DNA from: an uncultured Veillonellaceae bacterium
GTDB taxonomy: Bacteria; Bacillota; Negativicutes; JARBTT01
NCBI GenBank assembly: GCA_963805085.1
Contig: CAWDTA010000005.1
Location: forward strand, 1-64,000
DNA: 64,000 nucleotides
Direction of reading: 5' to 3'
Each line of letters begins with the position of its first letter. Within the stretch, counting starts at the first letter, position 1. The notes beneath the pieces are model-generated. The model was not told where the DNA came from, ran no database searches, and saw nothing but the letters and a program-made list of their open reading frames with translations. Position numbers and translations under genes: made by a program. This document shows, piece after piece, positions 20,576 to 31,342 of this stretch.

Positions 20576-21490
20576 TAATGTCATTAAGTTAAGTAATTAA
20601 GAGCAGGTTAATGTATCAAAAAATGGTGAACGCTATGATAAGTGTTCACCATTTTTATGATTTAAACATACCAAAAGCAGATGACGTTATAAGCCATCTG
20701 TACAACATGCAGATATGAAGAGTTGTTGTTAAGAAATTCTATATGCAAACCCGACAGCCTTTTTAATATTTTGATATCTTTCAAATACTCTGCCAGGACG
20801 TATTGGAGACATAAATTTTTGCACAATTTTCAAAAGACTTCTTTCAGAAATTTTGCCTTTAAAATACTGATAACAAAAATGTATCGCTCTAGCGAAATTG
20901 ATTCTTTTATCTTTTGGATGTTCTACTTGATAAGATATTAAAGCTGCAAAATTGTACATAATTAACTTTGAAAAAATTTCTTGAAGTACAAAATCTTGCT
21001 TTTTACTATGAATGCTGGCTAATCCAACATCATATTTTAATTCTTTGAATGAAGTTTCGATCCCCCATCGCATTTTATATAGTTCTTTCAAAACTTCAGC
21101 AGGAAATTCATTCGCAGGTAAATTTGTGAATAACGTTTCATAAGTGGTATCTGAAATTTTAAATCGAACAATTCTAAATTTCAAATCATACATCTCATTT
21201 TCTCTAGGCAGTAAGTAATCAAACGTTGTATGAGGTTGAATCCAACGATATCTATCAGGATTTTCATATTTAATACCGTAGAATTCTTTCGAACGTATAA
21301 TATAATTCCAATTCTTTTCTTGAAAATGAGCAATATTATTAAAAGATTCGTATCCTCTATCAGCTATAACAATAACACTTCCAGTTGCTTCAGATTTTTC
21401 AATCATTGATACCAGAGCCTTATGTTCATTCATACCTTTTTTACTTTGTATTGAAGCATCAACATAATTATGTCGCATCAAATCATACAA
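20576..21490 (-). mobile_element. IS4-family transposase remnant (C-terminal DDE part) with its right inverted repeat
   Basis: IADRGYES, YKMRWGIETSFKELKY (YREK motif); TAATGTCATTAAGTTAAG terminal IR at 20576-20593; N-terminus missing. Confidence 0.85.
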
Positions 21491-21491
21491 A

Positions 21492-21557
21492 AAACATGGG
21501 GACAGGGAGAGTGTTTCATATCTTTTTTAGAAAACACCATCCCTGTCCCCATGTTTT
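21492..21557. repeat. REP-like inverted pair (REPIN-like)
   Basis: AAAACATGGGGACAGGGA...TCCCTGTCCCCATGTTTT. Confidence 0.65.
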
Positions 21558-21558
21558 A

Positions 21559-21759
21559 TTTGGTCATCTCACTGAAATAGCTGACGACATTCCATTCGAA
21601 GAGTATAGAGACATTACCTATGGGAAATTAGACAAGGAATTATTAGAGATGGGAATCAAACCTAGGACGCTGGAGTATCGAAAGTTCGATTGGAAATATA
21701 TCATAGACAAAGGCTCAACTAGCAGTTCATTATGAACTGCCAGTTGAGCCTTTGTCTAT
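21559..21759 (+). repeat. 5'-truncated copy of the 107-aa ORF with full terminal hairpin
   Basis: FGHLTEIADDIPFEEYRDITYGKLDKELLEMGIKP; ATAGACAAAGGCTCAACTAGCAGTTCA/TGAACTGCCAGTTGAGCCTTTGTCTAT. Confidence 0.85.
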
Positions 21760-21956
21760 CAAAATTTCAGATTTACACTCTTTAGTCTGACGTCACTGAA
21801 TGTCCTTGTAAATCGTTGGGAATCTAATTGAACCAACGATTTATTTTTTTATATTAAATCATTCATTTAATTTGTACCTGATTTTCTGCTAGCATAATGG
21901 CAGTAAAAGTACTTCTAGTAGGTTGCGTAAGGTGAGGGGGTTATTTCACTGATCTA

Positions 21957-22952
21957 TTAGCGATTTTGCCGATAGCGTTGTTTCCAAGTTTCAAAATTCC
22001 ATTCCTTTAAAAACTCTTGTGCCGATGTTATTCCATTATTGAATAGTGCTTGGCTTTCTTCCTGAGTGATATCAAAATCTGTAGTATAGATTTTTGTTTT
22101 TGTGTGCTTAATATCCACGGTTGTAGAGATATTAATAGTTCTACTAAAGTCACCAAGAGATTTAGAAATATGATATTTGTCATTTCCACTCATCATTGTA
22201 CCTATAAGGCTTTCTAAAAAAGTGGTAAGACTATCTATGGGTTTGAAATCTTCTGTAGGGAGCTTATGATTGTTAAATTCAGTAAGTTTAAAACCAAAAG
22301 TCGGCCATTCAGGAGTGCTAGTTCCATCATCAAGAAGCCATATTGGGTAATTGCTTAACACGCCGCCATCTACAATATAGTGCGTTTTACCGGTGGAATC
22401 TATAAGTTTAACTGGTTCATAAAACAACGGTAGACTCATACTCATTCTAACTGCTCTAGATATACTGAATTGGTCTGGGTCAATCCCGAAATCCTTAAGA
22501 CTTTCAGGAAGTATAAGCAATTTTTTGTCTGTAATATCTGATGCGATGGCGCAAAATTTATACTTGTATTTTTCCTGTGATGGATTATTTATCTTTATAT
22601 CTCCAAAAGTTGTTTTTCCTTTACTACGTAATAAATTTTCAAGCCAATGCTCAAAATAGTCTCCTTTGTATATCCCGTATTCAATTGCTATATTTAAGGT
22701 CTTTCCAGGTAGCCCGAAGTGATCCATAGCGGTTTCATCTCGGAATTTTTGATAATCGATAGTTTTTAATAGTTTTCCTATCTCATCACCCGTAAAACCA
22801 ACTGCAAGCAATGAGGCTACAATTGCTCCTGCAGAGGTACCGGCCATATTTTGAAATTCATATCCCACATTTTGTATTGCGGAAACTGCTCCTGCTAAAC
22901 CAATTCCTTTCACGCCACCACCTTCGAATACTGCATCACATTTCAAAGGCAT
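21957..22952 (-). CDS. Patatin-like phospholipase
   Basis: EGGGVKG, GTSAG nucleophile, DGG motif. Confidence 0.92.
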   Translation of the reverse strand: MPLKCDAVFEGGGVKGIGLAGAVSAIQNVGYEFQNMAGTSAGAIVASLLAVGFTGDEIGKLLKTIDYQKFRDETAMDHFGLPGKTLNIAIEYGIYKGDYFEHWLENLLRSKGKTTFGDIKINNPSQEKYKYKFCAIASDITDKKLLILPESLKDFGIDPDQFSISRAVRMSMSLPLFYEPVKLIDSTGKTHYIVDGGVLSNYPIWLLDDGTSTPEWPTFGFKLTEFNNHKLPTEDFKPIDSLTTFLESLIGTMMSGNDKYHISKSLGDFSRTINISTTVDIKHTKTKIYTTDFDITQEESQALFNNGITSAQEFLKEWNFETWKQRYRQNR

Positions 22953-23120
22953 AACCTCCTCTGTTCATAAGTTAATCAGTATTTTGTGCTATATTTAACT
23001 ATAGTATACTATACTGTTAAAATTAAATTTGTCGGAAACGATAAGACTGAGGTGTAATCCTAGGGAATTTGGTTGATAAGAGGGGACATTATTGTGAAAA
23101 CATTACTCGAAAAAGGCAAT

Positions 23121-23590
23121 GACGGAGGGGACGCTTCTTTTTGGCTTAACTAAATTAAATGAGCATGATAATCTGAGAGAAAAAGGAGCGGATTATCATG
23201 CCAAGACAGCAAAGGGATAAAAGTAATACAGGGTATTACCATATCATGATAAGAGGCAACGATCGAAAAGATATATTCCTAGACGAACAAGATAAACTGT
23301 ATTTTATCAAAAGACTAAAAGCAAAAAAAGAATTTATCAAATTCACGAATATGGAAGAAGAAGATAAATTTATAGAAATTGATGAAAAACGAAATCGGAT
23401 GGAAGAAGGCGAAGCTATAAAATTATGGGGTGAGATTGCAGTGGGTGAGGAAAGCTTAGATGAAAAGCTGAAAAAATTTAGAGAGAAAGCTAAATTACCA
23501 TTAAGAAAATTAGCAGAGATAACGGGAATTAATAAAGATAAGATAAATAAGATGACCAAACAAGACAAGAAGAACCGTCCCTTTTGTCTT
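23121..23590 (+). mobile_element. RAYT remnant with an in-frame central deletion, flanked by inverted REP-like motifs
   Basis: MPRQQRDKSNTGYYHIMIRGNDRKDIF fused to the C-terminal HTH LRKLAEITGINKDKINKM; HUH motif absent; REPs at 23121-23147 and 23562-23590. Confidence 0.85.
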
Positions 23591-23605
23591 CATTTATCTC
23601 CTGCT

Positions 23606-24970
23606 ATGTGCTCAGGCACACTTTGGATTAATTTCTAGCATAACACTAAAAAATAACTGTCAATTTAGCTAGCGAAATTGACAGTTATTTATGTGCTGCA
23701 AACGATTTCCTGTATTGGATTTTTCTTGAATAAGAGGTGTTGTTGACGAGCACATAGGTGCATGTTATAGTTTATTGAAAAAGTGCTTGTAAAAGAAAAG
23801 AGATGAGATAAATGGCAATAACAATTAAAAAAATAGCAGAAATATGCAATATTTCCCGTGGGACTGTTGATCGTGTCCTGAATAATCGGGGAAAGGTAAA
23901 ACCGGAAACAGAGGTTTTTATAAGAAAAATAGCGGAGCAAATGGGATATGAGCCGAATCCAGCTGGTAAAGCTCTTGCCGCGAAGAAAAAAAAATTAGTT
24001 ATAGGTGTTTTGTTGGTTTCAGAAGGAAATCCTTTTTTTGATGAAGTCATTCGCGGCATTCGAGCCACTGGTATAGAATATGTGGCATATGGCGTAAGGG
24101 TTTCGATCAAGACGATGTGTGGCTATGATGTAAGAAGACAGTGCGAACTTATGGATGAAATGAAATCTGAGGTCAATGCATTGATCATAAATCCAATAAG
24201 TGATATAAGAGTATGTAATAAAATCAATGAATTAGTCGATCATGGTATATTTGTAGTTACAGTCAATACAGACATAGCGAATAGTAAAAGAGCTTGTTTT
24301 GTTGGCAGCGATTATACGAATGGCGGTGAAACCGCTTGTGGGATCATGGGGCTTTTGATGAAAGGGCATGCAAAAGTCGGTGTCGTAACAGGATCGTTCA
24401 AGGTTTCAGGACATAATCAGCGAATTGCTGGTTTTAAAAAAATTATGGAAAAAAAATATCCGGAGTTTCAGCTGCTGGAAATCATGGAATCAGAAGATGA
24501 TGATATAAGGGCTTTTGAAGTAACGACGAAATTATTGCAAAAATATGAAGAAATGGATGCTGTCTTTATTGTTGCAGGTGGTGTATATGGCGTTTGCAGG
24601 GCTTTGATCGGGCAAGCGCGAGACCAAAAAATAACGGTTGTATCTTTTGACAGTGCTCCAACCACGGTTGAGATGATGGAACGGCACGTAGTAGATGTGA
24701 CGATCTATCAGCATCCTTATACACAAGGACGCGATGCTATGCAGGTGGTGTTTGCTTATCTTGTAAATGGGACAACGCCGAAAAAAGAACGTCATATTTT
24801 AAAAAATGAAATAAAAGTTTTGGAAAATCTGTAGACATATGGTTTACAGATTTTTTATTTTATATAAAGCGTGCATCGGTGATTTTTTTTTTGTCATTTA
24901 AATATAAAAAATGTTGACGAGCACATTTTTGAATGATATATTGAAAATATAAAGTGTGCTCAAGCACATA
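23606..24970. promoter_or_regulatory. Repeated ATGTGCTC-type operator sites overlapping the -35 boxes of the LacI gene and xylB
   Basis: TTGACGAGCACAT at 23743 and 24914 (TTGACG-17-TATAGT / TATATT); GTGTGCTCAAGCACAT at 24954; ATGTGCTCAGGCACAC at 23606. Confidence 0.6.
23812..24834 (+). CDS. LacI-family transcriptional regulator
   Basis: ITIKKIAEICNISRGTVDRVLNNRG HTH plus periplasmic-binding-type domain. Confidence 0.93.
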   Translation: MAITIKKIAEICNISRGTVDRVLNNRGKVKPETEVFIRKIAEQMGYEPNPAGKALAAKKKKLVIGVLLVSEGNPFFDEVIRGIRATGIEYVAYGVRVSIKTMCGYDVRRQCELMDEMKSEVNALIINPISDIRVCNKINELVDHGIFVVTVNTDIANSKRACFVGSDYTNGGETACGIMGLLMKGHAKVGVVTGSFKVSGHNQRIAGFKKIMEKKYPEFQLLEIMESEDDDIRAFEVTTKLLQKYEEMDAVFIVAGGVYGVCRALIGQARDQKITVVSFDSAPTTVEMMERHVVDVTIYQHPYTQGRDAMQVVFAYLVNGTTPKKERHILKNEIKVLENL

Positions 24971-24980
24971 AGATTGGGGG

Positions 24981-26513
24981 ATGGATTTTTTGAAATATTT
25001 ACTTGGAATCGACTTGGGAACATCTGCTACAAAGACTGTATTATTTGATGACGAGTGTCAGGTAAAAGCTTCTTCGGTACAATCGTATCCGCTTTATCAG
25101 CCTCAAAATGGCTGGGCAGAGCAAGATCCTAAGGATTGGTACAATGCTGTATTGAAAACGATAAAAGATGTTTTACAGAAGTCGGGAGTCAATGGTCAAG
25201 ATATAAAAGGAATCGGCCTTTCTGGACAAATGCATGGTCTCGTTATGCTGGATAAAGAAAATCAGGTCATTCGACCATCTATTATTTGGTGCGATCAACG
25301 AACAGTAAATGAATGTCAGGAAATTACTGATAAAGTTGGAGCTGAACGTTTGATTGAAATCACATCAAATCCGGCTTTAACGGGGTTTACAGCATCGAAG
25401 ATTCTTTGGGTTCGAAATCATGAACCAAAAAATTATGCAAAGTGCCGTCATATTCTTTTGCCAAAGGATTATATTCGTTTTTGTATGAGCGGAGAATATG
25501 CAACAGAAGTTTCGGATGCAAGCGGCATGCAGCTGCTTGATATAAAGAATCGTTGCTGGTCTGATGAAGTACTTGAAAAATTAAATATTGATAAGGGACT
25601 TTTGGGAAAGGTCTATGAATCACCAGATGTTACCGGGTATATCAGCGGTGAATTTGCAGAAAAATCAGGCCTTTCTGAGTTGAGTGTCATTGTTGGCGGA
25701 GCTGGTGATAATGCAGCTGCAGCAATTGGTACCGGTGTAGTAAAGGATGGAAAGGCCTTTACTACAATTGGAACAAGTGGAGTCGTATTTGCGCATACGA
25801 GTCAGCCTCAAATCGATCCAAACGGTCGAGTACACAGTTTTTGCTGTGCGGTTCCTGGATGTTGGCATGTAATGGGAGTCACTCAGGCTGCGGGTCTGTC
25901 GTTAAAGTGGTTTCGGGATAATTTTGCTGGCGACTATAAAGACAGGGCGGTAGCAGAGCATGCAGAGGTCTATGATCTTATCAATGCAGCGGTCGACAAA
26001 GTTCCGTGCGGAAGTAATCGGCTGATTTATTTACCATATCTCATGGGAGAACGGACGCCTCATTTAAATCCAGACTGTCGGGGCGTTTTCTTTGGTTTAT
26101 CTGCCATGCATACGAAAGAAGATCTGTTTCGAGCTGTGATGGAAGGGGTATCTTATTCGTTGAAGGATTGTAACGACATTTTACGAGAATTGGGGATAAC
26201 GGTACATGAGATGATGGCTTGCGGTGGTGGAAGCAAAAGTCCGGTTTGGCGACAAATGATCGCTGATATGTATGGATGTGAAGTTAAGGTACCGGTATCG
26301 GAGGATGGAGCAGTCTTAGGAGCTGCCATATTGGCAGGTGTTGGGGCCGGCGTTTTTAAAGATATTGAATCTGCTTGTGAGCATTTTGTTTGTACAAAGG
26401 ACTATTGCCAGCCAATCGCACAAAATTATGCATACTATGAGAAGGGGCATAAGCTTTACCAAAAACTATATACAAATTTGAAAGAGTGTTATTCAGAATT
26501 GACTGAGTTATAA
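24981..26513 (+). CDS. xylB: Xylulokinase (FGGY family)
   Basis: LGIDLGTS, LSGQMHGLV, IIWCDQRT, GAGDNAAAA, PYLMGERTPH. Confidence 0.88.
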   Translation: MDFLKYLLGIDLGTSATKTVLFDDECQVKASSVQSYPLYQPQNGWAEQDPKDWYNAVLKTIKDVLQKSGVNGQDIKGIGLSGQMHGLVMLDKENQVIRPSIIWCDQRTVNECQEITDKVGAERLIEITSNPALTGFTASKILWVRNHEPKNYAKCRHILLPKDYIRFCMSGEYATEVSDASGMQLLDIKNRCWSDEVLEKLNIDKGLLGKVYESPDVTGYISGEFAEKSGLSELSVIVGGAGDNAAAAIGTGVVKDGKAFTTIGTSGVVFAHTSQPQIDPNGRVHSFCCAVPGCWHVMGVTQAAGLSLKWFRDNFAGDYKDRAVAEHAEVYDLINAAVDKVPCGSNRLIYLPYLMGERTPHLNPDCRGVFFGLSAMHTKEDLFRAVMEGVSYSLKDCNDILRELGITVHEMMACGGGSKSPVWRQMIADMYGCEVKVPVSEDGAVLGAAILAGVGAGVFKDIESACEHFVCTKDYCQPIAQNYAYYEKGHKLYQKLYTNLKECYSELTEL

Positions 26514-26680
26514 AACTTCTGAGTAAAGAAGTTTTGCTCAAATAGATATTTCAAATGTTTCAAATATTTATCGATTTTGAAAAGAATAATAAATATCTCA
26601 TACTTTTCAAAGTTTTCATACTTTTCATACTTTATCAAAAAATGAGACGAAAATCATTCAATTAGAGGAGCGTTCATAAA

Positions 26681-28108
26681 ATGATAGAAAATGTTGTAGA
26701 AGAAAAATTAAATATGTCAGAGCATGCGAAGGATTATGCGGTGAAACGAATCCGTATATTTATATTTTGTACGGCGGGAATGGCAGGGTTATTGTTTGGT
26801 CTCGATCAAGGCGTAATTTCTGGAGCATTGCCATTTATCACGAAAGAATGGCAATTGAACAGTCAATTACAAGAGTGGGTTGTAAGTTCCATGATGCTGG
26901 GAGCAGCAGCAGGAGCTTTGGTTGCTGCTTTTTTATCAGCGAATCTTGGCAGGAAACGCAGTCTTTTAGTTGGAGCTTTTTTATTTATTGTTGGTTCTTT
27001 GGGATCAGGGCTGGCGATCAATGTAAGTATGCTGGTCGGTTTCCGCTTGCTTTTAGGGATTGCTGTAGGTATTGCATCATATACCGCTCCTTTGTATTTG
27101 GCGGAAATGGCACCGAAAGAATCAAGGGGGAAAGTTATATCTGGTTATCAGCTTATGGTTACGGTAGGCATCTTAGCAGCATTTCTTTCTGATACAGCAT
27201 TCAGCTACAGTGGTTCATGGCGATGGATGCTTGCTATCATTGCTATCCCTGCATTTGTGCTGATATGTACCGTGATTCGGCTGCCAGATAGCCCTCGTTG
27301 GCTGGCATCTAAGGGACGATTAAATGAGGCAGATCGCGTGCTGCAATCGCTGCATACCAATAAAAAAATAGCAGAAGCAGAGTTTTTGGATATACAAGAA
27401 GCCTTAAAAGAAAAACAGGCTGGGTGGGCTTTGTTTAAAGCGAATAAAAATGTACGCAGAGCCGTTTTTTTAGGAGTCATGTTACAAGCTATGCAACAAT
27501 TCACAGGATTGAATATCATTATGTACTATTCACCTAAAATCTTGAGCTTGGCAGGTTTTTCAAGTACGGAAGATCAAATGATAGGAACTGTAATCAATGG
27601 CCTTGTTTTTGTTTTAGCAACATTCATAGCAGTGAACATGGTTGATAAATCTGGTCGTAAACCGGCACTGAAAATTGGTTTTTTTGTTATGGCGGTATCT
27701 ATGTTTATTCTAGGTTTATGTCTTCATACTTTGGAAAGCGGAAATACGATATGGTTTGTCCCATATCTTTCAGCTTCGATGGCGATGCTTTGTATCGCAG
27801 GATTTGCTATAAGTGCTGGTCCTGTTGTGTGGATCCTGTGTTCAGAAATCCAGCCTCTTAAAAGCCGTGATTTTGGAATTGCTTGTTCAACAATGACAAA
27901 TTGGATTTCTTGCGCGATCATAGGAGCAAGTTTTTTAACTTTAGTGGATACGCTAGGTTCATCGGTTACTTTTTGGTTATATGGTGTTTTGGATGTGATT
28001 TTTATCTTTTTAACGATTTATTTTATACCAGAGACAAAAAACGTTTCGTTGGAACAAATAGAAAAAAATTTAATGCGTGGGGAAAAACTAAAAAATATTG
28101 GCTGTTAA
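26681..28108 (+). CDS. Sugar porter MFS (AraE/GalP-like H+ symporter)
   Basis: [42 protein letters not shown]. Confidence 0.92.
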   Translation: MIENVVEEKLNMSEHAKDYAVKRIRIFIFCTAGMAGLLFGLDQGVISGALPFITKEWQLNSQLQEWVVSSMMLGAAAGALVAAFLSANLGRKRSLLVGAFLFIVGSLGSGLAINVSMLVGFRLLLGIAVGIASYTAPLYLAEMAPKESRGKVISGYQLMVTVGILAAFLSDTAFSYSGSWRWMLAIIAIPAFVLICTVIRLPDSPRWLASKGRLNEADRVLQSLHTNKKIAEAEFLDIQEALKEKQAGWALFKANKNVRRAVFLGVMLQAMQQFTGLNIIMYYSPKILSLAGFSSTEDQMIGTVINGLVFVLATFIAVNMVDKSGRKPALKIGFFVMAVSMFILGLCLHTLESGNTIWFVPYLSASMAMLCIAGFAISAGPVVWILCSEIQPLKSRDFGIACSTMTNWISCAIIGASFLTLVDTLGSSVTFWLYGVLDVIFIFLTIYFIPETKNVSLEQIEKNLMRGEKLKNIGC

Positions 28109-28128
28109 CAAAATATAATCTGGGAAAA

Positions 28129-28435
28129 AGACAAAGTGACGGTTTTTTTTGTCTTAACTAAATCAAATTGGCATGATAATCTGGGAGAAAAAGGAGGAGA
28201 CAATCATGCCAATTTGCTATTGCAAGAGAGAAGAAGACATAGCGAACATCATGAAACTGAACTGACCCCTATAAGTTAGATTTAGGTCTAACTTATAGGG
28301 GTCACCTCAAACGAATCAATGTTAGCTATGTCTTTTACTTTAATAAAAAATATAAAAAGAGCGGGCATTTATTTCAAGATAGATACAAAAGTGAAAAAAT
28401 AAAAGATGACAGCTAGTTATTAATGGCAACGAGAT
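28129..28435 (+). mobile_element. RAYT remnant with REP, N-terminal deletion and a second 52-bp element (28258-28309)
   Basis: Same leader as 17273 and 23121; AATCATGCC-mediated deletion; INVSYVFYFNKKYKKSGHLFQDRYKSE. Confidence 0.8.
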
Positions 28436-28527
28436 TGTATTGGTATATAGAGTAAAAAATAGGCCACAGATTTAATCTGAGGCCTTTCAAACGTAAACAT
28501 CAAGAACCTTAAATTTATTTTTATCAA

Positions 28528-28992
28528 TTATTGCCGAAAAAATGGTTTTGTTTTAAGCTTCTGTAATATAATCGGATATATCATAACAATAGTGCCAATT
28601 AAAGTTGAAAATACAATTGTTTGGGTGGAAATAACGTTATCAAGCCAAGCACCATAGTATGTTAAACTGGCGATCGGTAAAAAAAGTACTATACCTGTAA
28701 ACAATCCTGGTGAGAAGCGTTTGCTAACTATAACGGGTAATATGTGAAAGAAAATTGCATTTACTAACATAAAAGCAGGATACGAAAGCGAAATGATCGG
28801 GTATTTCCATCCAATTATTGCAGAAATACATCCATATAAAATTACAAAAGTGTTAAAAACATAAAATTCATTCCATTCCGCGGGGATTTTTAGAAAACCT
28901 CTTGCCCAACCTCTCCAATCAAACAGCATTTCTTCAATAATGTGTATACCATATGCCAAAGTGGCGATCCATAAAAAGTACTCATGAGACAT
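28528..28992 (-). CDS. HXXEE-domain membrane protein
   Basis: HIIEE motif, FSPGLFTG, several TM helices. Confidence 0.85.
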   Translation of the reverse strand: MSHEYFLWIATLAYGIHIIEEMLFDWRGWARGFLKIPAEWNEFYVFNTFVILYGCISAIIGWKYPIISLSYPAFMLVNAIFFHILPVIVSKRFSPGLFTGIVLFLPIASLTYYGAWLDNVISTQTIVFSTLIGTIVMIYPIILQKLKTKPFFRQ

Positions 28993-29007
28993 ATTAATTC
29001 CTCCATA

Positions 29008-29052
29008 AATTAAATCACAATTTAAAACAATGTTTTAAATTGTGATTTAATT
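29008..29052. promoter_or_regulatory. Perfect 45-bp palindrome, probable TetR operator
   Basis: AATTAAATCACAATTTAAAACA-A-TGTTTTAAATTGTGATTTAATT between divergent genes; partial copy near 29134. Confidence 0.6.
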
Positions 29053-29176
29053 ATACATTTGAAGTACCCATTAAGTCAATAACAAGCACGAAAATTATTT
29101 GACAAAATTATACTTTGCTCATAAAATACTAATAAATCAATGTTTTAAACTATATTTAATACAGGAGTAAAATATA

Positions 29177-29797
29177 ATGAAAGAAACTGCAACTAATCTC
29201 ACCACGAAAGATAAAATTTTAGAATCTACCTTGAATATTATTTCTGCCGAAGGTTTTCAAAACGTTACAATTCGAAAAATAGCTACGGTTGCTGGGGTAA
29301 ATGTCGCAGCGATTAACTATCACTTCGGTTCTAAAGATAATGTTATTAATGAAGCCCTTGAATATTTAATGGTTCAGGCAAAAAACATCTTCGAATGCTT
29401 AAAGAGTAATAAAGAAACTCCTGAACTTCGCTTAAAAAATTTTATTGATAAGTACTCTAAAAGTTTGGCTAAATATCCTGACCAAATCAAAAATTTGATT
29501 TACCAAAGCATTTATAAGGAAAATTCTACCAGAAATAACTTTCAGGAATACTTAAAGACGGAGGGCGTGGAGCTAATTAAAACCACGATTCAGCAAATTC
29601 GACCAGATGATAACGATGATACTGCGATGATAAGAACGATACAGTTATTAAGTTGTTTGTCATTTCCTGTCTTGTTAGGAGATCGGTCTATAGAAATCTT
29701 TGGTGTTGATTTAAATGAGTCAAATATGAAAAGTGTTTACATTGAGTTGATTATTAAAAATATTTGCTGTGATTTAGATATCACAAAATGTAGGTAG
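29177..29797 (+). CDS. TetR/AcrR-family regulator
   Basis: GFQNVTIRKIATVAGVNVAAINYHFGSKD. Confidence 0.93.
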   Translation: MKETATNLTTKDKILESTLNIISAEGFQNVTIRKIATVAGVNVAAINYHFGSKDNVINEALEYLMVQAKNIFECLKSNKETPELRLKNFIDKYSKSLAKYPDQIKNLIYQSIYKENSTRNNFQEYLKTEGVELIKTTIQQIRPDDNDDTAMIRTIQLLSCLSFPVLLGDRSIEIFGVDLNESNMKSVYIELIIKNICCDLDITKCR

Positions 29798-29942
29798 TGA
29801 TTTTTATCTTAAAAAACGTCAGATAAAAAGAGAATTAACTACTTTTTAAACATGCAAGTCTTTCATTTCTGCTTGATTTTGTATAATTTGGCAGGAATTT
29901 TATTTTTGTATGAGAAAGTATAAGTATAGGAAGAGGTGTATT

Positions 29943-31328
29943 ATGTTAAAAAAATGTGTGAGTTTAATCGTGTGTATGACCTTATGTTCAATCTTACAAA
30001 TCGGGTTTGCTAAAGAATATTTGCCTGAAATTTTTGAGTATGTGCAAAATGATGGAACTATCATTCTTTATGCGGGTAGAATAGGTGAAGAGCCTGCTGT
30101 TGAATTCAATAAAACATTTAAGAAAGATGGACAGCAATATAGTTCTCTACGGATAGCGGCTGGGCAAGAAAAGGGTGAAATTATAAATGCGAATTTAATT
30201 TTGGATGGAATAAGCTATCCTTTATCAATCATGGAGGAAGCGAGAAAAGACCCTACACCGTATTATTCTCAGCAAAAATGGTATAAGGTTTCAAATGACC
30301 TAGAAGATCATTTACAAAAAGCGCAGACTATATCTGTTTGTATTTATTTGAGTAGTGGAAAAAACTATAGCAAAGATATCAAGCGTACTGCGTTGCAATC
30401 TTTAAAATTTATTGCTTCTGTACATGCAATAGACGATGCAAAGAATTACATCAAAAGAATCGATAAAGCAACTGAATTTAGAATTTTTATACCGAATAAA
30501 AAGCCTGTAGATATTGCACCAGCTTTAATCTATCAAGCGAATTATCCTTCAGGAAAGTTTGAATATAGTGATTATTATGAGTCGAAATTTTCAAATAATT
30601 GGACAACGGGATCGTTTGAAAATATAGATCATATCTATGAAACATATATGTTTCCGTATATATGGTCTGAATTAAAAGAAGAAAAAAATGGCACACTTGT
30701 AAGTTTGAATATATTCAAAAAGATATATCACTATAGTACAAATACTGATAAATATACTGGCGTAAGTTTTACAAAACTGGATTATATTAATTATGAAGCA
30801 ATGAAGCCAGCGGATAAATCACATAGCCAAGGTCAAAGTGAATTAAATATGTGGGCCTATCATTTGAGAAATCTATACACGGATTTATATGGGAGCTATT
30901 CTTACGGATTAAAATGGGATATGATCCCTAAAAAGAATTCTACGCAGCAAGAAGGACGGGACAATTGGAGTATAGCTCCCTACTTTATTTCATTTATTGA
31001 TAAAGATAATTTCAAAGAATTGAGTGATGTATCCATAGGCGATCAGCTTGTTGCAATTAATGGAAAAGCAACAGATATGATGTATTTTTATCAAACCCTT
31101 ATGGATACAGAGTATTCGGGGAATCCGGCTACTTTTACTTTACGTAGTAAAGATGGGAGTGAAAAAAACGTTACTATCACGCCTAAATTCACACCGACAA
31201 CAAAACAGGTAAATTATCTAGAAATCCTTAATAAAGAAAAGCGTCAATTGAAACAGGTAAATTTATATGAAGGCTATCCTTATGAGTATTTCCGAACCTA
31301 CGATCCATTAGGTAACGGTGACTTATAG
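29943..31328 (+). CDS. Exported protein with a C-terminal PDZ-like segment
   Basis: Signal peptide ending GFA; VSIGDQLVAINGK...ATFTLRSKDG...VTITP. Confidence 0.7.
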   Translation: MLKKCVSLIVCMTLCSILQIGFAKEYLPEIFEYVQNDGTIILYAGRIGEEPAVEFNKTFKKDGQQYSSLRIAAGQEKGEIINANLILDGISYPLSIMEEARKDPTPYYSQQKWYKVSNDLEDHLQKAQTISVCIYLSSGKNYSKDIKRTALQSLKFIASVHAIDDAKNYIKRIDKATEFRIFIPNKKPVDIAPALIYQANYPSGKFEYSDYYESKFSNNWTTGSFENIDHIYETYMFPYIWSELKEEKNGTLVSLNIFKKIYHYSTNTDKYTGVSFTKLDYINYEAMKPADKSHSQGQSELNMWAYHLRNLYTDLYGSYSYGLKWDMIPKKNSTQQEGRDNWSIAPYFISFIDKDNFKELSDVSIGDQLVAINGKATDMMYFYQTLMDTEYSGNPATFTLRSKDGSEKNVTITPKFTPTTKQVNYLEILNKEKRQLKQVNLYEGYPYEYFRTYDPLGNGDL

Positions 31329-31342
31329 GTTTATTTTGATCA

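Noticed and set aside
21957-22952. Patatin as a CBASS CapV effector
   Set aside because: No CD-NTase or cap genes adjacent.
26545-26640. Short repeats (TTTCAAAT, TCATACTTT x3) as a CRISPR or iteron array
   Set aside because: Too short and irregular, no spacers, and no cas genes. No CRISPR array was seen anywhere in the window.
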